This document shows, piece by piece, positions 1 to 10,999 of a stretch of 64,000 nt of DNA. The notes beneath the pieces were generated by a model. It was not told where the DNA came from. It worked only from the letters and a program-made list of their open reading frames with translations, and did no database searches. The DNA comes from Eledone cirrhosa (Eukaryota). The position numbers were made by a program, and so were the translations under genes. Position 1 is the stretch's first letter; the number at the start of each line of letters is the position of its first letter. The stretch covers positions 36,518,001-36,582,000 of the forward strand of contig OZ024750.1 in the NCBI GenBank assembly GCA_964016885.1. Reading direction: 5' to 3'.

Positions 1-430
1 GTGTGTATGTGAATGTATACCTATATATGTGTGTGTGTGTGTCTGTGTGAATGTCTACCTGTATATGTGTGTGTGTGTGTGTGAATATCTACCTACATAT
101 ATGTGTGTGTGAATGTCTATCTACTTATGTGTGTGTGTGTGTGTGTGTGAATGTCTACCTACATATGTGTGTGTGTGAATATCTACCTATATATATGTGT
201 GAGTGTGTGTGTGTGAGAGAATGTCTACCTACATATGTGTGTGTGTGTGTGTGTGAATATCTACCTACATATGTGTGTGTGAATGTCTACCTATATATGT
301 GTGTGTGTGCGTGTGTGTGAATATTTACCTATATATATGTGTGTGTGTGTGTGTGAATGTCTACCTATATCTGTGTGTTTGTGTGTGTGTGTGCGAATAT
401 ATACCTACATATGTGTGTGAGAATGTCTAC

Positions 431-463
<33 letters not shown>

Positions 464-545
464 AATGTCTACCTATATATATATGTGTGTGTGTGTGAAT
501 GTCTACCTATATATATATATGTGTATGTGTGTGAGAATGTCTACC

Positions 546-589
<44 letters not shown>

Positions 590-632
590 TCTACCTATAT
601 ATATATGTGTGTGTGTGTGAGAATGTCTACCT
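1..632. repeat. Compound (GT)n microsatellite/minisatellite, unit ~(gt)n-gaatgtctacctatatat
   Basis: gaat(g/a)tctaccta recurs about every 30-35 bp between (GT)n runs; the ORFs here are CVCV artefacts. Confidence 0.95.
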
Positions 633-659
633 AGTTATGCAGATCTCTGACAGTTCCAA

Positions 660-860
660 TAACAAGTGTACCAGTCATTTAATCAACAGACAGTAGCCTG
701 CTTAGGAAAATAATATGTAAGTGGCTGAATATTCCAGACACGTGTACTCTTCCTTAATAGTGTTCACAGGGAGATTCAGCATAACTGAATGTGTTACAAA
801 ACTGGCCCTTTGAATTACAGGTACAACTCATTTTTTTTTCTTGATGGACTGGAGCAACAT
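660..860 (-). mobile_element. Old SINE fragment
   Basis: ggccctttgaattacaggtacaactcatttt...ggactggagcaa resembles the reverse complement of the ttgctccagtttactcagctgtagaaatgag segment of the younger SINE family A in this window. Confidence 0.5.
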
Positions 861-2080
861 AGGGCCTGGAAAGAAACAATGCAGTTATTAATAAATGTTG
901 AAATTAATGCATGCACGATTTCACAGCTCTAGCATCAATCCTTTATAGTCAGCCTGTACAGTTGATTCTCATATGTTTTTCGTTATATCACTACCACCAT
1001 CACTTAACACAAGATCAAAGTTGAGTTTAAATAGAAACTTATATTATTAGTAGAATATAGATGTATAACATCACATATATAGCAGACATGCGATAGCATA
1101 AATGCTAGAGTTGTTATGATCAACCGAAAGTCTCCCAAAGGAGATATCATGGCATGTCTAGTGTTCAATGACTGAAACTAGTAAAAGAATAAATGAATAT
1201 TAAATAAAACATCCGTTTAGGCATTGCACTAAATATATTCCATACTGAACTGCTGCTCTAATCTCATTTTATTTCCTCATATTACTATGTAAATGTGACT
1301 ATGTCAATGTTTCTAGTTCATTCTCTTCAAATATTATCTTTTAACAACAAAACCACAAAATCCAGTAAAAATTGTTGTTTAAATAAGTCAGTTATCTAAA
1401 TAAAACTCAATGAAGAAAATGTATTCTTTGACTAAGAAGTAAAATGCAAGAAGAAGGAAACAATAAATACTATTTGCATGAAGCAACATTCTATGTTTTG
1501 CACTTGCTGAATAGTTAAAAGCTAAAAATCAAAAGTAGTTTTTTTTTTTTTCTCTTGATCATAGCTATATCAAATTTATAACTATTTTTATATCTTTGCA
1601 TTATAGATTCTCTGATTTATATTTTAAACTAGTTGCCCTTTTATTTATATCTAAAAAGCTATGGTTTTTGTGCATAACAGGAATGAAATGAAGAGAAAGC
1701 ATATGTAAAAATGAAAGGAATAAAATAAATATCTGCTGCTGAGGAGGAATATAGAATGAAATGTAGGATTTATAAAATGAAAGAAAATTAAAACATTTTT
1801 AGTATATCTATAAAGTCAACTTTATCAATAGAAATTGCCTGCGTTTGATTTTACAAAGAACTTATAAAAAGTCAGTATCTGTCATAAATGTGTAATATAC
1901 ATAGCACTAGGTATTTCATATCTCTACTATTTCAAGTATAGTTGAAACATGTTGATATATATATATTTGGTATAGGAATTAATGCCTGACAGGGAAGCTT
2001 AAATAGTTTAAGCTTCCCTGTTATGTATTATATTCTATAACAAAATCTACACTCTACTTTCCTTAAATACGGAGTAGTAA

Positions 2081-2171
<91 letters not shown>

Positions 2172-2659
2172 TTCAATGAAAATACAAGAAGGTCAGATTC
2201 CAATATATTCCTTTAGTGTTGCACAATTACATAATACATATTTCTATGGCCAGCTTACGTCATCAGACCATGATACAAGATTATCAGTGATGCCATCAAA
2301 TCATCAAATGTAATGAGTATACATATATATGTATATAATGTGGAAAGTGATATATGTACGAAATGTAAAGCAAAATGGACAGTAAGATAAAGGCAACGAA
2401 AAATTTAGTGACTGGGTAACTTTTTTTTTTTTTTACATCCTAATATTTTGGGATTTAAGTTTCCCCTCATCAGAGCACAGGGAGCTCTGAGAGAAAAACG
2501 TTCCTATCTATTCACTTTGAAATCAGATTTACCAGGAAACTAACTTTTCCATTACCTTCACCTTACCTTCCATTTTGTATTGTTTTAGCCTTCTTACATA
2601 TATCACTTTCCACATTATATATTATATACAATGCTTCAAAGAAACTATAGTATTTTATT

Positions 2660-2950
2660 ATAAAGTTATGTTGGTGTCACAACATCCAGCCCGAAACAAA
2701 TGAGGTCGTGTAGGTGTCACGACAAAAAACACACAGCCCACGCTGTAATGTGGCCATGTAGGTAACACAGTAAAAACCTCCCAGTTCCACACTGTAAATG
2801 TGGTTGGTGTTAGGAAGGGCATCCAGCCATAGAAAACCCACCAGACAGTCCTATGCGAGCAAGACAACCACTCTTGCCTCAAGTGGGAAAACTCCCGTCC
2901 AGACCCATGCAAGCGTGGAATATGGACGTTAAACGATGATGATGATGATA
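2660..2950 (+). mobile_element. RTE-type 3' UTR/tail fragment
   Basis: ggttggtgttaggaagggcatccagc...caagcgtggaatatggacgttaaacgatgatg with a (GAT)n tail, as in other copies here. Confidence 0.75.
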
Positions 2951-3198
2951 TATAATATATATATATATATATAGAGATTTTGAGTTTATGTTGGTTGTAT
3001 ACCAACACCTCAGTATGCAGGCTGGAGCACTCGACGAAGTGCGCAGGTTGGTTTGGTTACTCCGGAGTAGTGTAAAATAATATATGACTCCAGTTCCTCA
3101 GTGAATTAACAACCCAACAAGGAACTGGGCATATCAGAGTATTGACAAAGTTATACACCTAAACAACATATGTACTTGTCTATACCATACTAATTCAA

Positions 3199-3253
3199 AC
3201 TGCCTGAAGAGGTCACAGCCAAAGATGGCTGTCACTGAAATATATATAGCAGT
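3199..3253 (+). ncRNA. Type I hammerhead ribozyme, intact core
   Basis: actgc-CTGAAGA-ggtcacagcca aaga tggctgtcact-GAAA-tatatATA-gcagt, then AATAAA; stems I and II pair and stem III is palindromic. Confidence 0.85.
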
Positions 3254-3500
3254 AATAAACGAGGCTAAATTTTAATCATTTGACTTTTATTTAACTTTAT
3301 TTTATATATATATATATATGTAGGTACATATGTAAGAGGGCGGTTGTAGTTTGTTTGAATGATTGTGTAAAATGTAGAAAATAATGTTTTCCATTCTAAA
3401 TCTATATCATCAGGGTCTCCATTAGACATCCATGAGAAATATATTATCGTATCATCTGGTGTAATATTGATATCTGTAGGAGAAACTACTGTAAGAGGAA

Positions 3501-3538
<38 letters not shown>

Positions 3539-3665
3539 AAAGTTCAATTTAAATTGTTGAGATACAACAAGCAAATATTATTATAACTGAGATAAAGCAC
3601 TCGACAAATATTTGGAGTAGATATACAATATTAATAAATGGAAACTATATTTATAAAACCATATT

Positions 3666-3730
3666 TATTTCATTATATATATTTCAAGGAAACCAAGTTA
3701 AATCACGGTATGCCTTCATCAGACAAAATA
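3666..3730 (-). ncRNA. Type I hammerhead ribozyme
   Basis: Minus strand: tattttgt-CTGATGA-agg..acc..ggt..cctt-GAAA-tatatATA-atgaaata; 8-bp stem I with two G-U pairs, overlapping AATAAA; stem II imperfect. Confidence 0.7.
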
Positions 3731-4044
3731 CAATATATAACAGTTTTACAAATAGATATTGATGTACCCTTTCAAAAAGGTGACCGTTGTTTTTGGAGGC
3801 CATCCGGATAGTGGTTTGTTTACTTTAGTAAGTCATAGTGTTAAGAGTAAGTAAAAAGATGGAGAGAGATAGAGAGAAACGTGGAGAAAAGAAAGGGAAA
3901 GATAGATAAAGAAAAAGAAGAAAGTAAAAAGAAAAGAGAACAGAGGAAAAATAACGGGGAGATATCAAAACATCAGACAGAGAAAGAACTCAAGGGAGAG
4001 ATATGAGAGGGGGGAGAGAATGAAAACCTTAAGTTATGTTATAT

Positions 4045-4190
4045 TAAGTTGAGTTAACAATTGAGATGAAATGAATAAATAAAATTAGAAATATTAATAT
4101 TCGTGAATGGAATATAGATATATAATATGAGAAATTACACATTGTTTAATTATGATTATATATTTAGTTTAAAAATTATATATATATATT

Positions 4191-4221
<31 letters not shown>

Positions 4222-4400
4222 ATTTATATATATATAAATATATATATATATATAAATATATATATATAATTTTTAAACTAAATATATAATCATAATTAAA
4301 CAATGTGTAATTTCTCATATTATATATCTATATTCCATTCACGAATATTAATATTTCTAATTTTATTTATTCATTTCATCTCAATTGTTAACTCAACTTA
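4045..4400. repeat. Long near-perfect palindrome centred on an interrupted (TA)n tract
   Basis: About 130 bp of unique sequence (4045-4176) reads as the exact reverse complement of 4269-4400. Confidence 0.95.
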
Positions 4401-5440
4401 TTTCCATCCATTCTTATTTAAATGTGTCAGTTAATGTATATATATATTTAATTAAAAGGTTGGTTAAATCATGTAGGTTATTAGTATATATTCTCAATCC
4501 TTTATAAACCCGATTGGGATTTTTAACTCCTATATGGAGTTAAAAATCATTTCCCCAATTATAGCCAGATTTTAAATCGATTAATGACAAAATAATAGCA
4601 CTTATAAATTCATATATCCATAAATACATATTTGATCTGTTGTGCTCTTGTTTGTATAAGTAATGGAGTTTTGCAGTTCAATAAAGGGCTTTGAAATTAC
4701 CTTTTAAGAATAGCACTGACCATCTTTAATATAAAGGTTGGAGCTAGAATGAAGGTTATAATAACATATATCAGTTATAAAGTGCCACATCAATATTTCT
4801 AACAAAGTAATAGAAGGAGAATATATTTGTTTGTATTCCCAATATCTTGAATATACTTTACAATCTGATTACTGTCTATATAATATATATATAGAGACTT
4901 CTAAAATTTATACCAGAAAACAAGATATAAATTCTAACTGCACCCCAAAATACTGCTATGTTGATTATAATTATGTTGATGAAATCTACTAGTACTTGAA
5001 CATATTTAGTGCTTACTGGAATCTTCTATGATTAACCATTCTTTGAAGTTAAACATTGAGAGCAAAACTAGCATTTACAAAGCGAATTACTTGAGAAATT
5101 GCGATGAAATGTATCATTATTTTAATGTGAATGTCTTCAGAAAGTTTCATAATGAAGAACTACCATCTTACAGAAAAATAAAATGGAGAGAGGAAATCTG
5201 TAAGAAGTAAACTTCATTATAAATAAATTGTAAAAGTCTTTTTGTATTAAAATATATCATTTGACATATAAAAATTAATGACTATCATATAAATAGGTCT
5301 TCTTTTTCTAAGATAAACAGTAATAGAAATGATAGAAGGGTGTGCAGGAAAGGGTAGAGTGTATAATACCTACTTCTCAGTTCAGTTTTATCCTTTAATG
5401 CTTTGAAGTGAAAGTGTGAAGAAATATCAGTGAGTGTTCA

Positions 5441-5768
5441 TAGTGGTTAGAGCATTGGCCTTGCAATTGAAAGGTTGTGAGTTCAATTCTCAGACCAGGT
5501 GATGTGTTGTTTCCTTGAGCAAGACACTTTATTTCACATTACTCCAGTTTACTCAGCTGTAGAAATGAGATGATAGGGACTGGGGTCTCTATCATTCCAC
5601 TGCAAAGTGGTCGTGGAGGTTCCACGGCAAAAAAAGCACCCAGCCCACACTGTAAATGAGGTTGGTGTTAGGAAGGGCATCCAGCTGTAGAAATCAAGCC
5701 AGAATCAGTTCCCATCCCACCCTTGCAAGCAGGGAAAAGCAGACGTAAAATGAAATGATGATGATGAT
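5441..5768 (+). mobile_element. tRNA-derived SINE, family A
   Basis: A box tagtggttag, B box gagttcaattc, CORE-like ccttgagcaagacact, (GAT)n tail; six copies in the window. Confidence 0.9.
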
Positions 5769-6073
5769 ATATAAATGCAGAAAGTTAATCCAAAGAAAAC
5801 TGGGCTGGGCAACGAGATTTGTTGCAGGAGTGCGATCAACTCTAGGTTTGAGATTCTGAGTAATTGTATGCATTGAAGGACCCATCTGTTCGCTCATCTC
5901 GCAGGTGGGCATACCGCAAGGGGCTGCTGTCTTTCTTAGTGAGCTACTGACCCTGTCCTGCCACGGTAGCCCCAGTACTTATCCCAGAGCACCAACACCC
6001 TTTTCTTGTATTTTTGTGTATTTTTATGTTGTGTATATATGTATATGTATGTATTTGTAAGTGTGTGTGTATA

Positions 6074-6104
<31 letters not shown>

Positions 6105-6254
6105 GCATGTGTGTGTGTGTGTGAGGATGTGTATGTATATCTATGTACATGTACAATTTCTACGTGTGAGAGAGTGTGTGCGTAGGTATTTTATGCACGT
6201 ATGTATGTGTGTGATTGTGTATACGTGTATATATTTCTTTATTTATATTCGTTC

Positions 6255-6568
6255 TCTCCTGCACACCACAACTTATCCTTCTTGTGGTATGCAGGAGATG
6301 GTTTGGACATGTGATGTGCATGGAGGATGACAACTGGGTAAAGAAGTGCCAAGAAATCGCAGTAGAAGGAAGACGCAGTAGGGGAAGACCACGAAAAACA
6401 TGGGCAGAGGTGGTGAGAGCAGACCTCATATCACTGTAACTCACAGAGGAGATGACGAAGGACCATGACAAGTGGAGAGATGATGTGCTGAATAGGACCC
6501 GTCCAACCCTCGCAAGCAGGGAAAAGCGGACGTAAAATGAAATGATGATGATGATGATGATGATGATG
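6255..6568 (+). mobile_element. RTE-clade LINE 3' fragment
   Basis: RRWFGHVM...EGRRSRGRPRKTWAEVV C-terminal motif followed by a (GAT)n tail. Confidence 0.9.
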
Positions 6569-6929
6569 AAATATAAATTTAAATAATTTTAAAAGCCACA
6601 TAATGCATTAGAAAATTAAAGGTGTCTTTAAGACCTTCACATGATGATGATGATGATGATCCTTTGTTTTTGTTTATAACGTTTTTTTTCTTGTAATGCT
6701 CGGGATAAGTGCATCCGTTTCTAGGCATAATTCTAGGCCCGTGTTTCTATATGGTTGTCTGTGTCTTTGCTGGTTCATCCACAGATTTGATGTGATTTTT
6801 GTTGTGTTAACATTGGTCTGAGGATCAGACAGACTTGGAGTCTGGTCTGGGGATCACGAGCCAGCTGTTTGAGAAACATTTAAACCAGGATTAAGCAACA
6901 AATCTCCTATGTAACAATTCTACTTTGTT

Positions 6930-6986
<57 letters not shown>

Positions 6987-6991
6987 TTTTG

Positions 6992-7037
6992 ATTGCCCTG
7001 ATGAGTCCTTAATAGGACGAAACATTGTTGGCTAATA
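6992..7037 (+). ncRNA. Type I hammerhead ribozyme, minimal, intact core
   Basis: attgcc-CTGATGA-gtcct taat aggac-GAAAC-att-GTT-ggctaat, overlapping AATAAA. Confidence 0.85.
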
Positions 7038-7423
7038 AAGACTTTTGATGTATTGAAGGCTTCTTTGTTTTATTTTCATAATTCTTCGGCTCTGTTTAAT
7101 TACATTGAGCTATACCTTTTACTGTCATTTCTATAATACGAAGAGGGTGTTTAACTCCAACACGCTCCAGTATTTTAATCCTTATATATATATATATATA
7201 TTAGAAAGTGAGGTTTTTTTACAAAATGAAAAATAGCCGAGGTGTCCTACACGAGTGAAAGTATAAAGAAAAAAAGATGAAATCGAAAATGCAACTGGAG
7301 TCTTATTTTTAAAAAAATATATATTTATTTGGTTCCTTTACTGGTTTCGCAGTTCTTCTGCTTTTCAAAAGTAGAGTTGAGATGGAGGGTCTGTGGTTTT
7401 TCTCATATATATATATATATATA

Positions 7424-7486
<63 letters not shown>

Positions 7487-7487
7487 C

Positions 7488-8050
7488 CTGTTTCATGGTC
7501 GGGTCATTGGCGACTAAACTGGCAACCCCACCAAGTTTTCTTGGTGAGGAGGGTGACTTTGGACATCCTGCAGGACTAAAAACAAAACCTGTCAAAGGGC
7601 AAAGGAGCTCTTAAGAGTCAATGGCCATCCAAAATCACCGGGAGAGATGACCCCTTAGCCTTTGTCAAGGCAGAATTCTAGGAGAAGGAAAACTCTGATA
7701 TAACACCTGCGACCCTGATGGTATCCAATGATGTTGACTTGTTCTTCTTTTTGGTAAATATCATCTTGGTTAAGAGAGTGGGACTGGCTTTGTGCAGTGC
7801 CTTTGCTCACTATAAAAGCTTCACGGCACAGGCATTGCTTTATATCTGGAGATCTCTCTGCACTTGTCGTCACATGGTACCATGGGCCCAGCACTGTGTG
7901 TCAATAATTGGCACAGGTGTAGTGTTTGTACCAGAGTTTTCAAGTCGCTGGCTGGACTCAAAAGTCACACTCGTTCAGCGCATCGGTAGGGGTTCTCCTA
8001 CATGGATATAAAGTAGTGGCCATACTCGAAAACGAGTTGGCAGCCACCAT
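7488..8050 (+). mobile_element. Probable RTE-type LINE 5' UTR region
   Basis: GC-richer block between (TA)n runs containing ctaggagaaggaaaactctga, which I recall from RTE 5' UTRs; no clear ORF. Confidence 0.45.
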
Positions 8051-8109
8051 ATGTATATATATATATATATTATTATTTTTTTATTTGCATAATAAACAAG
8101 ACAATATAA

Positions 8110-8185
8110 TTATTCCATCATCAAATGTTTCAAGAAACTAGACGATTCTTACAGAAACGTCTAGCCTGTTCATCAGATAAAATAA
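8110..8185 (-). ncRNA. Hammerhead ribozyme with long stem II and a mutated cleavage triplet
   Basis: Minus strand: ttattttat-CTGATGA-acagg ctagacg..ttct gta agaa..cgtctag tttctt-GAAAC-atttgatg-atggaataa. Confidence 0.65.
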
Positions 8186-8320
8186 TTCTGTAAGAATAGT
8201 GTAGTTTCTCGAAACCTTTGTTAATGGAATAATTATCTTGTGTTGTTTATTATGTAATTAAATAGCTCTGTACTATACATAGAGCACTCTTCTTTCCTTT
8301 ACCTTTTCTATGGAAATACT

Positions 8321-8375
<55 letters not shown>

Positions 8376-8522
8376 TATATATTAGATGAAGAAGTGTACA
8401 TATCTCTACACGGGTATAGATATAAGTATAGATACATACATACATACGAATGTCCGACTTATACAGAATTTCGTTCTATGAAAGAGTTAATAAAATGAAC
8501 AGATTCAGAGCCTAGTAATATA

Positions 8523-8838
8523 AAATATGGGAAAAGCAAACAAGTTAAGAAAAAAATGTTTACTTACTCACTTTAATGTCCCTACTGCAGTTTCATTGGG
8601 AAAATAACGGTACTCTGAGTATCGCGAGAAATCTAAAATCATCAGGGGACTTTCTCAATCTAGAAATAGAATTCAATGAAATGATTCTGTTTCTGATTAC
8701 AGAAAGTCCCCTGATGATTTGGAATTTCTCGCGATACTCTACTCAGAGTTTTGTGATTTTCCCAATAATACTGCAGTAGGGACATTAAAGTGAGTAGGTA
8801 AATATTTTCTTCTTAACTTGTTTGCTTTTCCCATATTT
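8523..8838. repeat. Imperfect ~150-bp-arm inverted repeat (fold-back)
   Basis: aaatatgggaaaagcaaacaagttaagaa...agaaatagaat mirrored by attctgtttct...ttcttaacttgtttgcttttcccatattt. Confidence 0.9.
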
Positions 8839-8864
8839 GATACATACATATATATATGACACAT

Positions 8865-9265
8865 GACCGTGACCTCTGGCGTCATCTTGACACACGACCG
8901 TGACCTCTGGCGTCACGCAGTAATACAGAGTACCCGACCTCTCATGGGTACAAGCTGAAGTATATAGACAATATGCCCCCACACCCTCCCACTGCAAAGT
9001 GGTCGTGGAGGTGCCATGGCAAAAAATCACCCAGCCCACGCTGTAAGGTGGACGTGTAGGCGCCACGGAAAAAAGCACCCAGCACTCACTGTAAATGAGG
9101 TTGGTGTTAGGAAGGGCATCCAGCTGTAGAAATAGAGCCAAAATCAGTTCCTGTATGAGAAAGGAATAGTCAGCCGACCAGACATTGCCCACAACAGGAC
9201 AACCCGTCTAACCCATGCTAGCATGGAAGAACGGACGTAAAATGGTGATGAACAGTGATGATGAT
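8865..9265 (+). mobile_element. RTE LINE extreme 3' end (family B tail)
   Basis: gaccgtgacctctgg (DRDLW) followed by a 3' UTR that matches the minus-strand copy at 9717-10030. Confidence 0.85.
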
Positions 9266-9716
9266 ATATATATATATAGTAATAATAATAAATTTGAAGA
9301 CTAAAATCCAAAGAGGGCTCGATAAGGATAAATATATATCAAATATATAGAATATTAGTCTACGACTTCATTTATACCATAAACGTGGTTTTGTCTTTGC
9401 GTGTAATTGTTCTCCACATTATCCAGGGAACGTTTCCACGAACCAAAGTATCGTCTTCCTGTTTTCCTTCGGCTGCAACGTTTTTCGAAATATTTACTTC
9501 TGCGTTCACAGATTAATGTTTTTTTAGTTTCAGAAGATCCCATTAAGGGTGAAAGCAGCAATTCTTTGCTTAAACTTTAATCTGTTATTTTCATAATAGC
9601 CGTCGAAACAGCTTGAGCTCTGCCGTCGAGGACATACATTTATATATATATATATATAGAGAGATAGATAGATATATATATACATATGTGTATGTGTGTA
9701 TATATATATGTATATA

Positions 9717-10470
9717 TCATCATCACCATTTTACGTCCATTCTTCCACGCTAGTATGGTTTAGACGGGTTGTCCTGTTGTGGGCAGTGCCCTGGTCGGCT
9801 GACCTTGTCTTGCTCATACCGGAACTGATTTTGGCTTGATTTCTACAGCTGGATGCCCTTCCTAAAACCAACCCCATTTATAGTGAGTGCTGGGTGCTTT
9901 TTTGCCGTGGCACCTCCATGACCACTTTGCAGTGGGAGGGGTGGGGGCATATTGTCTATATGCTTCAGCTTGTACTCATGGGAAGTCGGGTCTTCTGTAT
10001 TACTGCGTGACACCAGAGGTCACGGTCCTGTGTCATCTCCTTTAAGAGGTGCAATTGGGTAAGATCGGCTTTTATCACCTCATTCCAGGTCTTCTTGGGT
10101 CTCCCCACTCCATGGAGTCCGTTGACTTCTAGTGCTCTGCACCTTTTTATGCAGCTGTCATCCTTCATACACATCACATGTCCATACCAACGCAACCTCC
10201 TCTCCTGCACACAACATTTGATTCATCTTATGCTTAGTCTCTCTCTCTCAATTTGTTTATGCTTTGCCGTTCACGTATATTACTATTACACATCCATCGG
10301 AGCATGCAAGCTTCGTTTCTTTCTAATCTGTGCAAGTCTTCTACAGATAGCGCCCAGTTCCCACTGCCATGTAGCAATGCTGTTCATATACATGCAACAT
10401 ACAGTCTGCCTTTCAGAATATATATGGTTAGGGGGGGTCTATCTCCAAAACCATAGGAGGAGTTCCTGAA
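9717..10470 (-). mobile_element. RTE-clade LINE 3' fragment with 3' UTR
   Basis: QERRLRWYGHVM...GRPKKTWNEVI...QDRDLW (ORF 9965-10210), then UTR and (GAT)n tail. Confidence 0.9.
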
Positions 10471-10611
10471 ATCTTGTTCCATTTATTGGCCAAAATTTTC
10501 ACTATAGGGGGTTTAATATTGCTCAAATTTTCTGAATAGGCATCATATCTTGTCATTTTCCTATGGTTTAAATTTCATATAAATCGAAGGGAAAAAAATT
10601 AAGCCAGGGTT

Positions 10612-10866
10612 TTCACTGTAAAGTGGACGTGTCCCACACTGTAAAGTGGACGTGTAAGCGCCACGAAAAAGCACCTAGCACTCACTGTAATTGAGGTTGG
10701 TGTTAGGAAGGGCATGCAGCTGTAGAAATCAAGCCAAATCAGTTCCTGTATGAGCAAGGCATGGTCAGCCGACCAGACACTGCCCACAACAGGACAACCC
10801 GTCTAACCCATGCTAGCGTGGAAGAACAGACGTAAAACGGTGGTGATGATGATGATGATGATGATG
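10612..10866 (+). mobile_element. RTE family B 3' tail fragment
   Basis: Same UTR module, ending gacgtaaaacggtggtgatgatg. Confidence 0.85.
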
Positions 10867-10999
10867 AACCCTTTGATTAAAATGAAATATATGTAAGAAA
10901 TCAAATGGGCATGATCCCCACACATGTGTCAAGTTTGATCAAGATCGGTTTGGTAGTGTTTGAGTTTTAGGTTCACAAACAAACAAACATTGCAGTAGA
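10867..10999 (-). mobile_element. Possible non-autonomous Helitron 5' fragment
   Basis: Minus strand begins TCTAC..(tttg)n and contains accgatcttgatcaaactt, similar to caaccgattttttcaaactt near 39485. Confidence 0.4.

Noticed and set aside
5870-6000. HDV-like ribozyme (ggggctgc/gtagcccc helix)
   Set aside because: No P1.1 GG or P2 partner strand could be found
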